The translations under genes and the position numbers were made by a program. Source: Candidatus Atribacteria bacterium (lineage in GTDB: Bacteria; Bipolaricaulota; Bipolaricaulia; UBA7950; UBA9294). From it: a stretch of DNA of 38,608 bases. Shown one piece after another: positions 20,786 to 29,875 of the stretch. The notes beneath the pieces are model-generated. The model was not told where the DNA came from and did not search any database. It was given only the letters and a program-made list of their open reading frames with translations. Position 1 is the stretch's first letter, and the number at the start of each line of letters is the position of its first letter. The stretch spans positions 1-38,608 of the forward strand of contig SPBW01000003.1 in assembly GCA_004525685.1 (NCBI GenBank), in the 5' to 3' direction.

Positions 20786-21137
20786 ACAGACTGTCGAAAA
20801 GCTCGGCATGGTGCGTAGTCACCGCAGGAGTGTGCTGGCGAATTTGGCTAGTGGATTGATCATGCATGAACGTGTAGATACCACGTTCACAAAAGCCAAA
20901 GCCAGCCAGCGGTATTCCGAGCGACTCATTACGTTGGCTCGTCGAGGGGACCTGCACGCGCGACGTATTGCGTTCTCTCGAATTCGAGACAAGGCCGCTG
21001 TGACGAAGCTGTTCGATGAACTGGGTCCACGATTCAAGGATCGACCGGGCGGATATACGCGCGTCCTTAAGCTTGGTCCCCGAAGGGGCGATGGCGCTGA
21101 GATGGCGCGCATCATGCTTGTGGAGTCTGGCGAGTAG
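20775..21137 (+). CDS. rplQ: 50S ribosomal protein bL17
   Basis: MRHR, TT..KAK, ERLITLA, RPGGYTR, RRGDGAEMA; AGGAG SD before ATG 20775. Confidence 0.99.
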   Translation: MRHRQTVEKLGMVRSHRRSVLANLASGLIMHERVDTTFTKAKASQRYSERLITLARRGDLHARRIAFSRIRDKAAVTKLFDELGPRFKDRPGGYTRVLKLGPRRGDGAEMARIMLVESGE

Positions 21138-21160
21138 ATCAAGTCATCAATCAGACAATG

Positions 21161-21199
21161 AACGCCTCTCGCGTGAGAACGCGAGAGGCGTTTTCGTTT
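21161..21199 (+). terminator. Intrinsic terminator of the superoperon (between convergent genes, possibly bidirectional)
   Basis: Perfect 14-bp stem AACGCCTCTCGCGT / ACGCGAGAGGCGTT with a GAGA (GNRA) loop, followed by a T-rich tract. Confidence 0.9.
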
Positions 21200-21221
21200 G
21201 TCTTTGCAGAGTGTTGCCTGA

Positions 21222-22193
21222 TTAGCTCCGAGACATCAATCGAGCGGTAAGCTTCTCAATCATGTCGATGGTCATGGATGACAGGTCAAATCGAGGATGC
21301 CAGTTCCATTCTTCACGCGCCGGGGCATCATCAATGGTCTGTGGCCAGGAATCGGCAATCGCTTGTCGAAAGTCCGGATCATAGGTGCAGACAAAATCGG
21401 GCAGGTGCTTTTGAATCTCAGAGGCGAGCTCTTGTGCTGAGAAGCTCATGCCAGCGACATTGAAGTTGCAGTGTCCTTTCAATGAATCGAAGTCGGCATC
21501 CATCAGGTCAAGCGTCGCCTTGATGCAATCGGGCATATACATCATAGGAAGGACCGTGTCTGGGCGAACGAAGCAAGAGTATGTTCTAGACAGAATGGCT
21601 TGATAGAAGATGTCGACTGCGTAATCAGTCGTTCCTCCGCCAGGCGGCGTTTCTGACGAAATGATGCCTGGATATCGTACGCCGCGAATGTCTAATCCGA
21701 ATCGCTGCACGTAGTACTCTCCCAGCAATTCGCCAGCGACCTTGGTGATGCCATACATGGTTGTCGGCTGGAGAATCGTCGTCTGTGGAGCACAGTCATG
21801 TGGCGTATCCGGACCGAACACGGCAATAGAGCTGGGGCAGAATATTCGCAGCAGATGTCGCTCGCGGGCTATCTCAAGAACGTTTTCCAACCCTCGAATA
21901 TTCACGTCCCAAGCCAAGGCTGGTTTCTCTTCGCCTGTTGCTGAGAGGATGGCCGCCATATGGTATACCGTATCGATTTCGTATTGCTCGATGAAGCGGC
22001 CCATTGTCGTGCGATCACAGACATTGAGTTGCTCAAATGGACCCTGATCTCTAAGACATGCGGTCTCAGGCGGGCGGATATCTGTCGCCACGACACTGTC
22101 ATTGCCATAGCGCTGGCGAAGAATAGGGATCAATTCAGATCCGATTTGTCCACATGCTCCAGTAACAAGAACTCGCTTGGTCGTACGCGTCAA
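21222..22193 (-). CDS. L-threonine 3-dehydrogenase, extended-SDR (GalE-like) type
   Basis: TGACGQIG Rossmann motif, AAILSATGE, PSSIAVFG, YGITK, and RYPG...GGGTTDYAV typical of SDR threonine dehydrogenases; TTG start with AGGAGG SD. Confidence 0.85.
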   Translation of the reverse strand: MTRTTKRVLVTGACGQIGSELIPILRQRYGNDSVVATDIRPPETACLRDQGPFEQLNVCDRTTMGRFIEQYEIDTVYHMAAILSATGEEKPALAWDVNIRGLENVLEIARERHLLRIFCPSSIAVFGPDTPHDCAPQTTILQPTTMYGITKVAGELLGEYYVQRFGLDIRGVRYPGIISSETPPGGGTTDYAVDIFYQAILSRTYSCFVRPDTVLPMMYMPDCIKATLDLMDADFDSLKGHCNFNVAGMSFSAQELASEIQKHLPDFVCTYDPDFRQAIADSWPQTIDDAPAREEWNWHPRFDLSSMTIDMIEKLTARLMSRS

Positions 22194-22321
22194 TGGTGCC
22201 TCCTCCTATGACGGGGGAATTGTACGCAAGATGTCAGGTGTGGGGTAGGTTCGTGTTGAGATTACGCAGTGATTCATCGACACTTCGGAACCTGACTGAC
22301 AACTTCAGAAGGAGGACTGGC

Positions 22322-23221
22322 ATGGGGATCTTGCTAGACGTCATCCTCCCCGTCTTCCTTGTCGGCGGATGCGGTTATCTGGTGGGGCGATCCGCTCGGA
22401 CAGACCCAGTGGTTCTCACACGAATTGTCTTCTATCTTCTCGGCCCTGCGCTGATCTTCCGATCGATCTACACATCCACGGTATCGTTTGACAGCGTCTT
22501 GTCGATCGGCGTGTTCATCATCCTGATCCAGGGCGTCCTGTTTGCCGTATCCCGCGTCGTTGGGCGAGTGCGCAAGTGGGACGGCGACTCTCAGGCAGCA
22601 GGATCTGTCGTACTTATGTTTGCCAACTGCGGCAATTATGGATTACCTGTGCTGCTCTTTGCGTTTGGAGAGGAGGGGTTTGCACTTGGCATTATCTACG
22701 TGCTCATTTCCGGCATGATGCAGGCCACCCTTGGCATCGGTGTGGCTTCTTGGCACAAGGGAGCATCTTGGAAGCACGGCCTGCTGCAGGTATTGCGGGT
22801 TCCCTATCTCTACGCGTTCTTGCTTGCCCTGCTCTTGCGGTCTGCAACCATAGAGCTTCCCCAGAGCTTGTTCCGAGCCGTTGATCTTCTGGCACAGGCG
22901 GCCATACCGGGGCAACTCCTTATGCTGGGGATTCAGCTGTCGCGTGTCAGGCTGCATCACTTCGGAGTCGATTCGATCTTCTTGAGTGTTCTGAAGCTGA
23001 CGATCCCACCAATCCTCGGATGGGCCGTAACGTCAGTTCTTGGCATCACGGGATTGTTGCAGGCCGTACTCATTGTGGAGGCCAGCATGCCCAGCGCAGT
23101 CAATGCGCTGATTCTTGCCACCCACTTCAGGCGAAACGTGGAGCTCGCTGCAACCACGGTCTTCTTGTCGACAATCATGAGCCTGGTCACGATTACGGTT
23201 CTGCTGAGCATCCTCAGGTAG
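22322..23221 (+). CDS. AEC (auxin efflux carrier) family transporter
   Basis: About 10 hydrophobic segments, NCGNYGLP and MPSAVN motifs; AGGAGG SD before ATG 22322. Confidence 0.9.
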   Translation: MGILLDVILPVFLVGGCGYLVGRSARTDPVVLTRIVFYLLGPALIFRSIYTSTVSFDSVLSIGVFIILIQGVLFAVSRVVGRVRKWDGDSQAAGSVVLMFANCGNYGLPVLLFAFGEEGFALGIIYVLISGMMQATLGIGVASWHKGASWKHGLLQVLRVPYLYAFLLALLLRSATIELPQSLFRAVDLLAQAAIPGQLLMLGIQLSRVRLHHFGVDSIFLSVLKLTIPPILGWAVTSVLGITGLLQAVLIVEASMPSAVNALILATHFRRNVELAATTVFLSTIMSLVTITVLLSILR

Positions 23222-23222
23222 T

Positions 23223-23251
23223 TTGCGGGGGCTGCGGTCGCCTCCTATACT
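23223..23251 (+). promoter_or_regulatory. Putative sigma70 promoter giving a leaderless or near-leaderless hydantoinase A mRNA
   Basis: TTGCGG - 17 nt - TATACT ends 8 nt before ATG 23260; no SD. Confidence 0.6.
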
Positions 23252-23259
23252 CCACGCCT

Positions 23260-25296
23260 ATGGCCAAGGCAATTGGGATCGACATCGGCGGTACCTTCAT
23301 AGATCTCGTTGTCTCCGACGAATCGGGACTTCGGCTGTTCAAGTTTGCTTCTACTCCCGACGCTCCAGAACGCGGCGTGTTGGAGGCGTTGGACACGCTG
23401 ATCTCTCAAGGCGTCTTTGCAGCAGCAGAAGTGAGTCGTATCGCCCATGGATCGACTGTGGCCACCAACGCGCTTCTGGAGGGGGCGTGGGCCAGGACCG
23501 CGCTTCTTACCACACGTGGGTTTCGAGACGTTCTCGAAATCGGCCGCCAGAATCGAGCGCATCTCTATGACTTGAATGTTGATCGTCCGGATCCCATCGT
23601 GTCTCGAGATCTCCGGTTTGAGAACTCTGAGCGGTTGGACTCTCGGGGGCAGGTGCTTCGCGGCTTGGACGAGGCTGAGCTCGATGCCGTTGCTAGCAGT
23701 CTAATCGACGCGAACGTTGAAGCCGTCGCCGTCATGTTCCTGTTCTCGTATCTCAATCCCGAACATGAGCGGGCGGCGCGGGATCTGCTGGAGAGCAAAC
23801 TAGGGTGCCCGATTACGCTATCCAGTGACGTGTTGCCCGAGTTTCGAGAATATGAGCGGGCGTCAACGACGGCGGTGTGCGCGTCACTGCGTCCTGTGAT
23901 TGAGCGCTACATGCGCAATCTTGCCCTGAAGTCGGCCGACATGGGGATTGCCCCTGAATGGCAGATCATGCAATCCAACGGCACCGTCATCAGTGCAACA
24001 CAGGCTCAGAACGAGCCTGTGAGAATCCTCTTGTCTGGTCCGGCAGCAGGTGTCCAAGGAGCCAAGACAATTGGCCAGCTGACGGGGTGCCTCAATCTGA
24101 TCACCATGGATCTTGGTGGAACCAGTTGTGATGTCGCGTTGATCCAAGAAGGAGAGATTGGACAGACGACGACAGGAGCTGTCGGAGAACATCCCGTTGC
24201 CGTTCGGATGAACGAGATTCATACCATTGGCGCGGGAGGCGGAAGCATCGCCTGGATTGATGAAGGAGGCGCTCTGCGTGTCGGACCAAGAAGCGCAGGC
24301 GCGGTTCCCGGGCCTGCATGCTATGGCCGCGGTGGCCAGCTTCCGACAGTGAGCGATGCGCACGCCGTGCTTGGGCACCTTCTTCCAGACTTGCCTCTGG
24401 GGGGCTCTCTTTCTTTGGATATTCAGAAGGCGAAGGACGCCATCCGGTCAATTGCCGAGCCACTGGGACTTTCACTCGAGAGAGCGGCGTTGGGAATTCT
24501 GAACGTGGCGGATGCGGCGATGGAACGGGCTGTGCGCGTCATCTCTGTGGAGCGGGGGTACGATCCTCGGCAGTTCTCTCTGTTGGCATTCGGTGGAGCC
24601 GGTCCGCTTCACGCTGTCTCGATCGCGCGGCGACTCTCGATTCCACAAGTCATTGTTCCTGCTGCTGCGGGAGTGCTGTCTGCGATGGGCTTGCTGACGT
24701 GCGAAGTGGGCAGGGACTACGGCCGAAGCATTCTTCGATCGATGTCGGATCTTTCGCCCTCCTCACTCATGGATGGATTGAGGGACCTTGAAGCACGCGG
24801 CCTGAGCGAGTTGAACGCTGAGGGCATCGACGAGACAACGCTTCGGCGCGAGATCTCCGGTGATCTTCGATATCTTGGACAGTCGCATGAGCTGAATGTT
24901 CGAATCACTCCTGGGGCGGGTTTTGAGCTCTCGGCTGTGGATATTGAGACGTGGGTGGAGTCCTTCCATAACGAGCATGAATCACGCTTCGGACACGCGT
25001 CTCGTGACGAAGGCGTGGAGTTGGTGGCGTTGCGTCTTCGAATAACAGCGCCTCCGGCGTTCTCTCAACCGCGCGTGCGACTCGAAGGGCAGTTGCTCAC
25101 GCATCGAGAGATGCCCGTGTGGTTTAATGGGAGCGGCCCAGTCGTGTCGCAGGTCATCGATCGCCGCGGACTAGAGAGCCAGGCTCGCATTGTCGGCCCT
25201 GCGGTGCTGTGGGGTATCGATGCCACTCTGATTGTGCCTCCAGGAGTCGAAGGGATGTGCGATGACATGGGAACGATCGTGCTGGAGGTCGCATGA
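23260..25296 (+). CDS. Hydantoinase/oxoprolinase family protein, subunit A (ATP-binding)
   Basis: IDIGGTFID, HGSTVATNALLE, REYER, LSGPAAGV, DLGGTSCDV, IGAGGGSIA, SAGAVPGPACYGRGG, FGGAGPLHA. Confidence 0.95.
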   Translation: MAKAIGIDIGGTFIDLVVSDESGLRLFKFASTPDAPERGVLEALDTLISQGVFAAAEVSRIAHGSTVATNALLEGAWARTALLTTRGFRDVLEIGRQNRAHLYDLNVDRPDPIVSRDLRFENSERLDSRGQVLRGLDEAELDAVASSLIDANVEAVAVMFLFSYLNPEHERAARDLLESKLGCPITLSSDVLPEFREYERASTTAVCASLRPVIERYMRNLALKSADMGIAPEWQIMQSNGTVISATQAQNEPVRILLSGPAAGVQGAKTIGQLTGCLNLITMDLGGTSCDVALIQEGEIGQTTTGAVGEHPVAVRMNEIHTIGAGGGSIAWIDEGGALRVGPRSAGAVPGPACYGRGGQLPTVSDAHAVLGHLLPDLPLGGSLSLDIQKAKDAIRSIAEPLGLSLERAALGILNVADAAMERAVRVISVERGYDPRQFSLLAFGGAGPLHAVSIARRLSIPQVIVPAAAGVLSAMGLLTCEVGRDYGRSILRSMSDLSPSSLMDGLRDLEARGLSELNAEGIDETTLRREISGDLRYLGQSHELNVRITPGAGFELSAVDIETWVESFHNEHESRFGHASRDEGVELVALRLRITAPPAFSQPRVRLEGQLLTHREMPVWFNGSGPVVSQVIDRRGLESQARIVGPAVLWGIDATLIVPPGVEGMCDDMGTIVLEVA

Positions 25297-26927
25297 ATCC
25301 AGCGCCCAATCGAGTTGACGCAATTAGCCTTGAGGTGTTGCGCAATGCCATTTCTGCCATTGCAGACGAGATGAACGCCAACCTTGTCCGTACGGCATAT
25401 AGCCCCAACATCAAAGAGCGGCGGGACTGTTCCAGCGCAGTGTTTGACGCCCACGGCCAGATGGTCGCTCAAGCAGAATCAATTCCCGTCCATCTAGGTG
25501 CGATGCCCTACTCCGTTCAAGCGGCAATCAGGCACGTGAAGGCGTTTGCGCCTGGCGATGTCGTTGTGCTCAATGACCCCTATGCCGGGGGGGCGCACCT
25601 TCCCGATATCACCTTTGTCGCGCCCGTGTTCATGGATGATCGACTGATTGCATTTGTTGCCAATCGGGCGCATCACGCCGATGTAGGTGGCAAGGAACCA
25701 GGAAGCTTGGCCGGCGACACGGTGGAGATCTATCAAGAGGGGTTGCGGATTCCACCCATCCGGCTATGGGAAGAAGGCACCTTGCACGAGGATCTGTTGC
25801 AGTTGATCCTGGCCAACGTGCGTACGCCTGACGAGCGATGGGGCGACTTGCGAGCACAGAAAGCAGGTTGCGCGATCGGCATCGAGCGATTGCGAGCCCT
25901 GTGTCTTCGCGAAGGAGAAGCTGTACTTGCTGATGCCATGGCGGCGGTGTTGGATTACTCGGAGCGTCGCATGCGCCATCAAATTGCGCAGCTACCAGAC
26001 GGCGAGGCCTCGTTTGAAGATGCGCTCGACAACGACGGCATTTCCGATGATAGGATCCCCATTTGCGTCCACGTCAAGATCCAGGGTGATCGGATCGGTG
26101 TCGATTTCCGTGGCACGGCCAAGCAGGTGCGCGGGCCAGTTAATGCTGTACTGGCAGTGACTGCTTCAGCTACGTATTTCGCAATACGAGCGTTTGCTGA
26201 TCCTGACATTCCGCCGAACTCGGGGTGCTTTCGCCCCATCGAGATCACCGCAGCGGAAGGCAGCGTGGTCAATGCCTGCCTACCTGCTCCCGTAGTTGGC
26301 GGGAATCTAGAGACATCGCAGCGAATTGTCGATGTCATTCTTGGAGCACTCGGCAAACTCGTGCCAGAGCAGTCGATGGCGGCTTGCCAAGGTTCGATGA
26401 ACAACCTAGCCATCGGTGGGCTTGATCCCCGAACAGAGAAGCCATTTACGTTGTATGAGACGATGGCTGGTGGATTTGGAGGGCGGCGTACCAAGGATGG
26501 AATCGACGGCATCCATTCGCACATGACCAATACCCTGAATACGCCTGTTGAGGCATTGGAGACGAGCTATCCACTTCGTGTGGAGCGCTACGAATTGCGC
26601 CCTGGTACAGGCGGCGAAGGGCAGTTTCGCGGCGGGCTTGGTATTCGCCGTGACATGACTTGCTTGGCAGAGAGTGCTCGCGTGTCATTCCTGACAGATC
26701 GCCGTCTCACACGGCCCTATGGTGTAGAAGGCGGAGAGCCCGGCGCGCTTGGTAGGAATGTGCTTATTCGAGGCGGTCAAGAGGTTGATCTGCCTTCGAA
26801 AGGCACAGCCACTCTGCACCAAGGTGATACCATCAGTATTCAAACACCCGGTGGCGGAGGATTCGGGCTACGATCCGCACGATCGCAAGCGTCCATCGAG
26901 CGAGATCAACGCGAAGGCAGGATCTAG
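25293..26927 (+). CDS. Hydantoinase B/oxoprolinase family protein
   Basis: RTAYSPNIKERRDCS, PVHLG, NDPYAGGAHLPD, HHADVGG, EIYQEGLRIPP, NTPVEALE, GQFRGGLG, TPGGGGFG; ATGA overlap with subunit A. Confidence 0.95.
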   Translation: MNPAPNRVDAISLEVLRNAISAIADEMNANLVRTAYSPNIKERRDCSSAVFDAHGQMVAQAESIPVHLGAMPYSVQAAIRHVKAFAPGDVVVLNDPYAGGAHLPDITFVAPVFMDDRLIAFVANRAHHADVGGKEPGSLAGDTVEIYQEGLRIPPIRLWEEGTLHEDLLQLILANVRTPDERWGDLRAQKAGCAIGIERLRALCLREGEAVLADAMAAVLDYSERRMRHQIAQLPDGEASFEDALDNDGISDDRIPICVHVKIQGDRIGVDFRGTAKQVRGPVNAVLAVTASATYFAIRAFADPDIPPNSGCFRPIEITAAEGSVVNACLPAPVVGGNLETSQRIVDVILGALGKLVPEQSMAACQGSMNNLAIGGLDPRTEKPFTLYETMAGGFGGRRTKDGIDGIHSHMTNTLNTPVEALETSYPLRVERYELRPGTGGEGQFRGGLGIRRDMTCLAESARVSFLTDRRLTRPYGVEGGEPGALGRNVLIRGGQEVDLPSKGTATLHQGDTISIQTPGGGGFGLRSARSQASIERDQREGRI

Positions 26928-27385
26928 TACAGGCTGGCTGGTACGGGCTCTGTCACGAGTATGGCTTCCCACTCGAAGGCGTAGGCTGTTCCATCGATCG
27001 ATTGCGTTCCTTCTCCTGACATGGTTGTCTGATCGAATTGCCCGTCGATGTCGAATTCAACCGTTGGCTGAGATGGGACTAATGGGTTGGGCCCACGTGC
27101 AATCAGAGACATGTTTACACTTCGGGCGCCACCCTGGATGATGGGAATCTCGAACGTCGATCCAGCATGGCTGGGGAGCGTCACCGTGCCTGTGACTTCT
27201 TTATCTTCGTGTAGAAGAGACATCGAGAAAGAGTAGACAAAACCCGCTGCAGGCCCTGATGTCCACTCCATCGTTCCCGTCCATGTCCCCGTGATGTTGA
27301 TGGGAGCCGAGAAGAAACAACCCCAGAAGAACAGGCAACTGACGAGTAGTACACGGGCAACGAGTGCCTTCTGCCATGTGCTCAT
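26924..27385 (-). CDS. Hypothetical lipoprotein, beta-strand-rich (153 aa)
   Basis: GAGGTG SD before ATG 27385; signal peptide with lipobox-like FFWG-C followed by NITGTWTG. Confidence 0.7.
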   Translation of the reverse strand: MSTWQKALVARVLLVSCLFFWGCFFSAPINITGTWTGTMEWTSGPAAGFVYSFSMSLLHEDKEVTGTVTLPSHAGSTFEIPIIQGGARSVNMSLIARGPNPLVPSQPTVEFDIDGQFDQTTMSGEGTQSIDGTAYAFEWEAILVTEPVPASLY

Positions 27386-27524
27386 GATCCACCTCGCCCT
27401 ATCTTCGCCTGTTCTTGCGAACAGTGCAGCGACCTGGGTGGCATCTTGATGGGACGCTTGGCACCTGCTGCGACAGGCGCGCGATGGTTGTTGATTTGTA
27501 TAATCCGAGGCGGAGGTCTTCAAC

Positions 27525-28373
27525 ATGCCCGAGTTGCCGGAACTGGTAGTGATGCAGGAGGTTCTAACGGAAAGGATTCTCGGCCGCCGGATTGCTGCGG
27601 TGAGGGCCTTGCACCCAGGCATTCTCAAGACCGTTGAGCCGGGGATAGATTCGCTGGTGGGACAAAGCTTCTCGTCGATCTCGCGTCGAGGAAAACACCT
27701 CATCTTCACAGTAGCCGATGAGCTTCATCTGGTCATGCACCTCATGCTCGCTGGGCGCTTGATTATCTGCCAATCAAACACCAAGGCGACCAAAGCGTCC
27801 GGCTGCTCTATCACGTTTGAGGATGGGGAAGACTTGCGCATCATCGAGAATGCGACGATTCGCCGTGTTCGCGTCCACGTGGTCCGCGATCCGTCCGATG
27901 TCGAGTCCATTGCCAAGGCCGGCATCGAGCCATTGTCCGATGCATTCATGCTTGAGTATCTGTCGAAGCACGTCCTTGAGCGAAGGCGGGAACTGAAGAA
28001 GCTGCTGACGGATCAGACGATCATTGCCGGCATTGGCTCAGCCTATGCGGACGAGATTCTGTTCGATGCCAAGCTGTCGCCCATTCGATATGGGACGACG
28101 ATGCATGAGAAGGAGATCGAACGGCTGTATGCGTCCATCCAGTCTGTCTTGCGCTGGGCGATTGACGCCATTCGCGCCGAAGCGGGTGGGGCGACCGTGA
28201 CGCCGCATGAGCGTCCGTTTGCTCGAGTCTATCAGCGAAGTGAATCTCCCTGCCCCGACTGCGGAACCAAGATCACTGAGATCCGATACGCACAGACCAA
28301 GACCTATTATTGCCCCAGCTGTCAATCTCAAGGCAACGCACTACGGGATCGTAGATCTTGGATCACGCGCTGA
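27525..28373 (+). CDS. Fpg/Nei family DNA glycosylase/AP lyase (atypical subfamily)
   Basis: N-terminal PELPE, RRGKHL, H2TH LTDQTIIAGIGSAYADEIL, C-terminal CPDC...CPSC zinc finger; TATAAT at 27499-27504 and GGAGG SD. Confidence 0.93.
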   Translation: MPELPELVVMQEVLTERILGRRIAAVRALHPGILKTVEPGIDSLVGQSFSSISRRGKHLIFTVADELHLVMHLMLAGRLIICQSNTKATKASGCSITFEDGEDLRIIENATIRRVRVHVVRDPSDVESIAKAGIEPLSDAFMLEYLSKHVLERRRELKKLLTDQTIIAGIGSAYADEILFDAKLSPIRYGTTMHEKEIERLYASIQSVLRWAIDAIRAEAGGATVTPHERPFARVYQRSESPCPDCGTKITEIRYAQTKTYYCPSCQSQGNALRDRRSWITR

Positions 28374-28488
28374 GATCCTGCTTCGCAGGGTTCCTAAACT
28401 CAGAGAACGAATGACTGTCTCTCCTTCTCCGGTTTCGGATGAGAGTCACTTCTGTCGTCTGTCCTTCTAGACCTCGGCAACACGCGTT

Positions 28489-29751
28489 CTAGAGCTGGAT
28501 GGATTCGCTGATAGGACGGCGATCCCATTCGGGACTTCGAGGAATGATCTGTCCTGCCTTCATCACCCAATTGACGTTGGCCAACGCGGTGATATCAGCG
28601 AGGGGATTGCGCTCAACGCGAATGAGGTCTGCGATCTTGCCGGGTTCAACTGTGCCCAGATTGTGCTCCTGTCCAAGCGCTTCAGCGCCGATACGTGTCG
28701 CTGACTCGATCGCCTCTGTGGGCGTCAGTCCCAACTGGACCATGTAGCCAATCTCTTCGTGTAGAAGCGCCCAGGGAAAATCGGACATGACGAAGTCTGT
28801 TCCAGCTGCCATTCGGACACCGTGCTTTCTTGCCAGTGCGATCGTTTCGGGGAGCTGATCGACACATCGCTGGAACCATCGTTCACTTTCTTCCAAGTCA
28901 TTGGCATCGCCCCACGGGAACTTCTCTGGAGTCCCTTTCCAGCGCTTAAGGCGAGCCGCAAGATCGTGCTTCACCCACAGTGTGGGGACAAGAATGATGG
29001 ACTTCTCTGTCATGAGCTGCATGGTCGCTTCGTCTATGCAGCTGCCATGTTCGATGACATCGACTCCAGCTCTGGCCGCCATGCCCGTGGTGACGAAGTT
29101 CGCAGCATGGATGGCCACGCGTAGGCCCAATCGGTGTGCCTCATCGACACCGGCGTCAATCTCTGCTTGGCTGAACTCGGGATACTCGGTGCGATGCGAC
29201 GTGAGTAGCTTGATGAAGTCGGCGCCCGCTCTTCGCTCTTCACGAACGGCGTGCCTTATGGCCGAAGGCGTATCGACTTGATGTACGGCACTGGGATCGC
29301 CCGAGCCATGTCCGCCCGTCATGCAGATGCCCTTGCCTGATGTGAAGATGCGCGGACCTATCATCTGTCCACGTTCGATGGCCGTGCGCAGTGCTAGATT
29401 CATGCGCGGACCGCAGACATCGCGAACCGTCGTGATCCCCGCCTGGAGTGCGCTGCGCAGATTGCGTGCAGCAATGATGGTCATGTAGACCGTCGGATCC
29501 CCTTTCGGCGGAATGGGGATGAATTCCTGTGCCGAGACATGTACATGCGCATCGATCAATCCGGGAAGTAGCCACTGGCCGTACGCGTCGATGATGTCTG
29601 CGCCTTCAGGAATGTGGATCATGTCCTCTGAACCGACAGACACGACGCGATCATCCTCGATCATGACGATCGCGTTCTCCAAAGGAGGAGCTCCGGTTCC
29701 ATCGATCAGTGTCGCATGAGTGATGGCTATGAGTCTGGGCTGCGGTGACAT
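28489..29751 (-). CDS. Metal-dependent amidohydrolase (Xaa-Pro dipeptidase-like/imidazolonepropionase-like)
   Basis: PGLIDAHVH, GITTVRD, TGGHG, GADFIK, VAIHA, IEHG, GTD, GKIADL; AAGGAGG SD before ATG 29751. Confidence 0.92.
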   Translation of the reverse strand: MSPQPRLIAITHATLIDGTGAPPLENAIVMIEDDRVVSVGSEDMIHIPEGADIIDAYGQWLLPGLIDAHVHVSAQEFIPIPPKGDPTVYMTIIAARNLRSALQAGITTVRDVCGPRMNLALRTAIERGQMIGPRIFTSGKGICMTGGHGSGDPSAVHQVDTPSAIRHAVREERRAGADFIKLLTSHRTEYPEFSQAEIDAGVDEAHRLGLRVAIHAANFVTTGMAARAGVDVIEHGSCIDEATMQLMTEKSIILVPTLWVKHDLAARLKRWKGTPEKFPWGDANDLEESERWFQRCVDQLPETIALARKHGVRMAAGTDFVMSDFPWALLHEEIGYMVQLGLTPTEAIESATRIGAEALGQEHNLGTVEPGKIADLIRVERNPLADITALANVNWVMKAGQIIPRSPEWDRRPISESIQL

Positions 29752-29778
29752 GACGCACTCCTCCTTGGCTGCAAGCAA

Positions 29779-29807
29779 ACGCTACTGCCGGGATCCAACC
29801 AGATCAA
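29779..29807 (-). promoter_or_regulatory. Putative sigma70 promoter of the amidohydrolase
   Basis: Minus strand TTGATC - 17 nt - TAGCGT. Confidence 0.45.
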
Positions 29808-29875
29808 GCCGAGAACTGCTTGACCACTCGGAGAACGCAGGGATTCGATATCGCCGCTTGTCCGAAAGATGGGTG

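Noticed and set aside
184-21142. Numerous antisense and alternate-frame ORFs over the core cluster (e.g. 1756..2697, 13162..13983, 16727..17341)
   Set aside because: Shadow ORFs expected opposite conserved genes in GC-rich DNA; no motifs or translation signals.
27411-27422. GTTC-N4-GAAC as a Gram-positive-type SOS box
   Set aside because: The half-sites are in the opposite orientation to GAAC-N4-GTTC; kept only as an unassigned palindrome in the findings.
22193-27709. Long N-terminal extensions in the ORF track for the AEC transporter (22193), hydantoinase A (23020) and the lipoprotein (27709)
   Set aside because: They overlap neighbouring genes or promoters; SD or promoter position and family N-termini support starts at 22322, 23260 and 27385.
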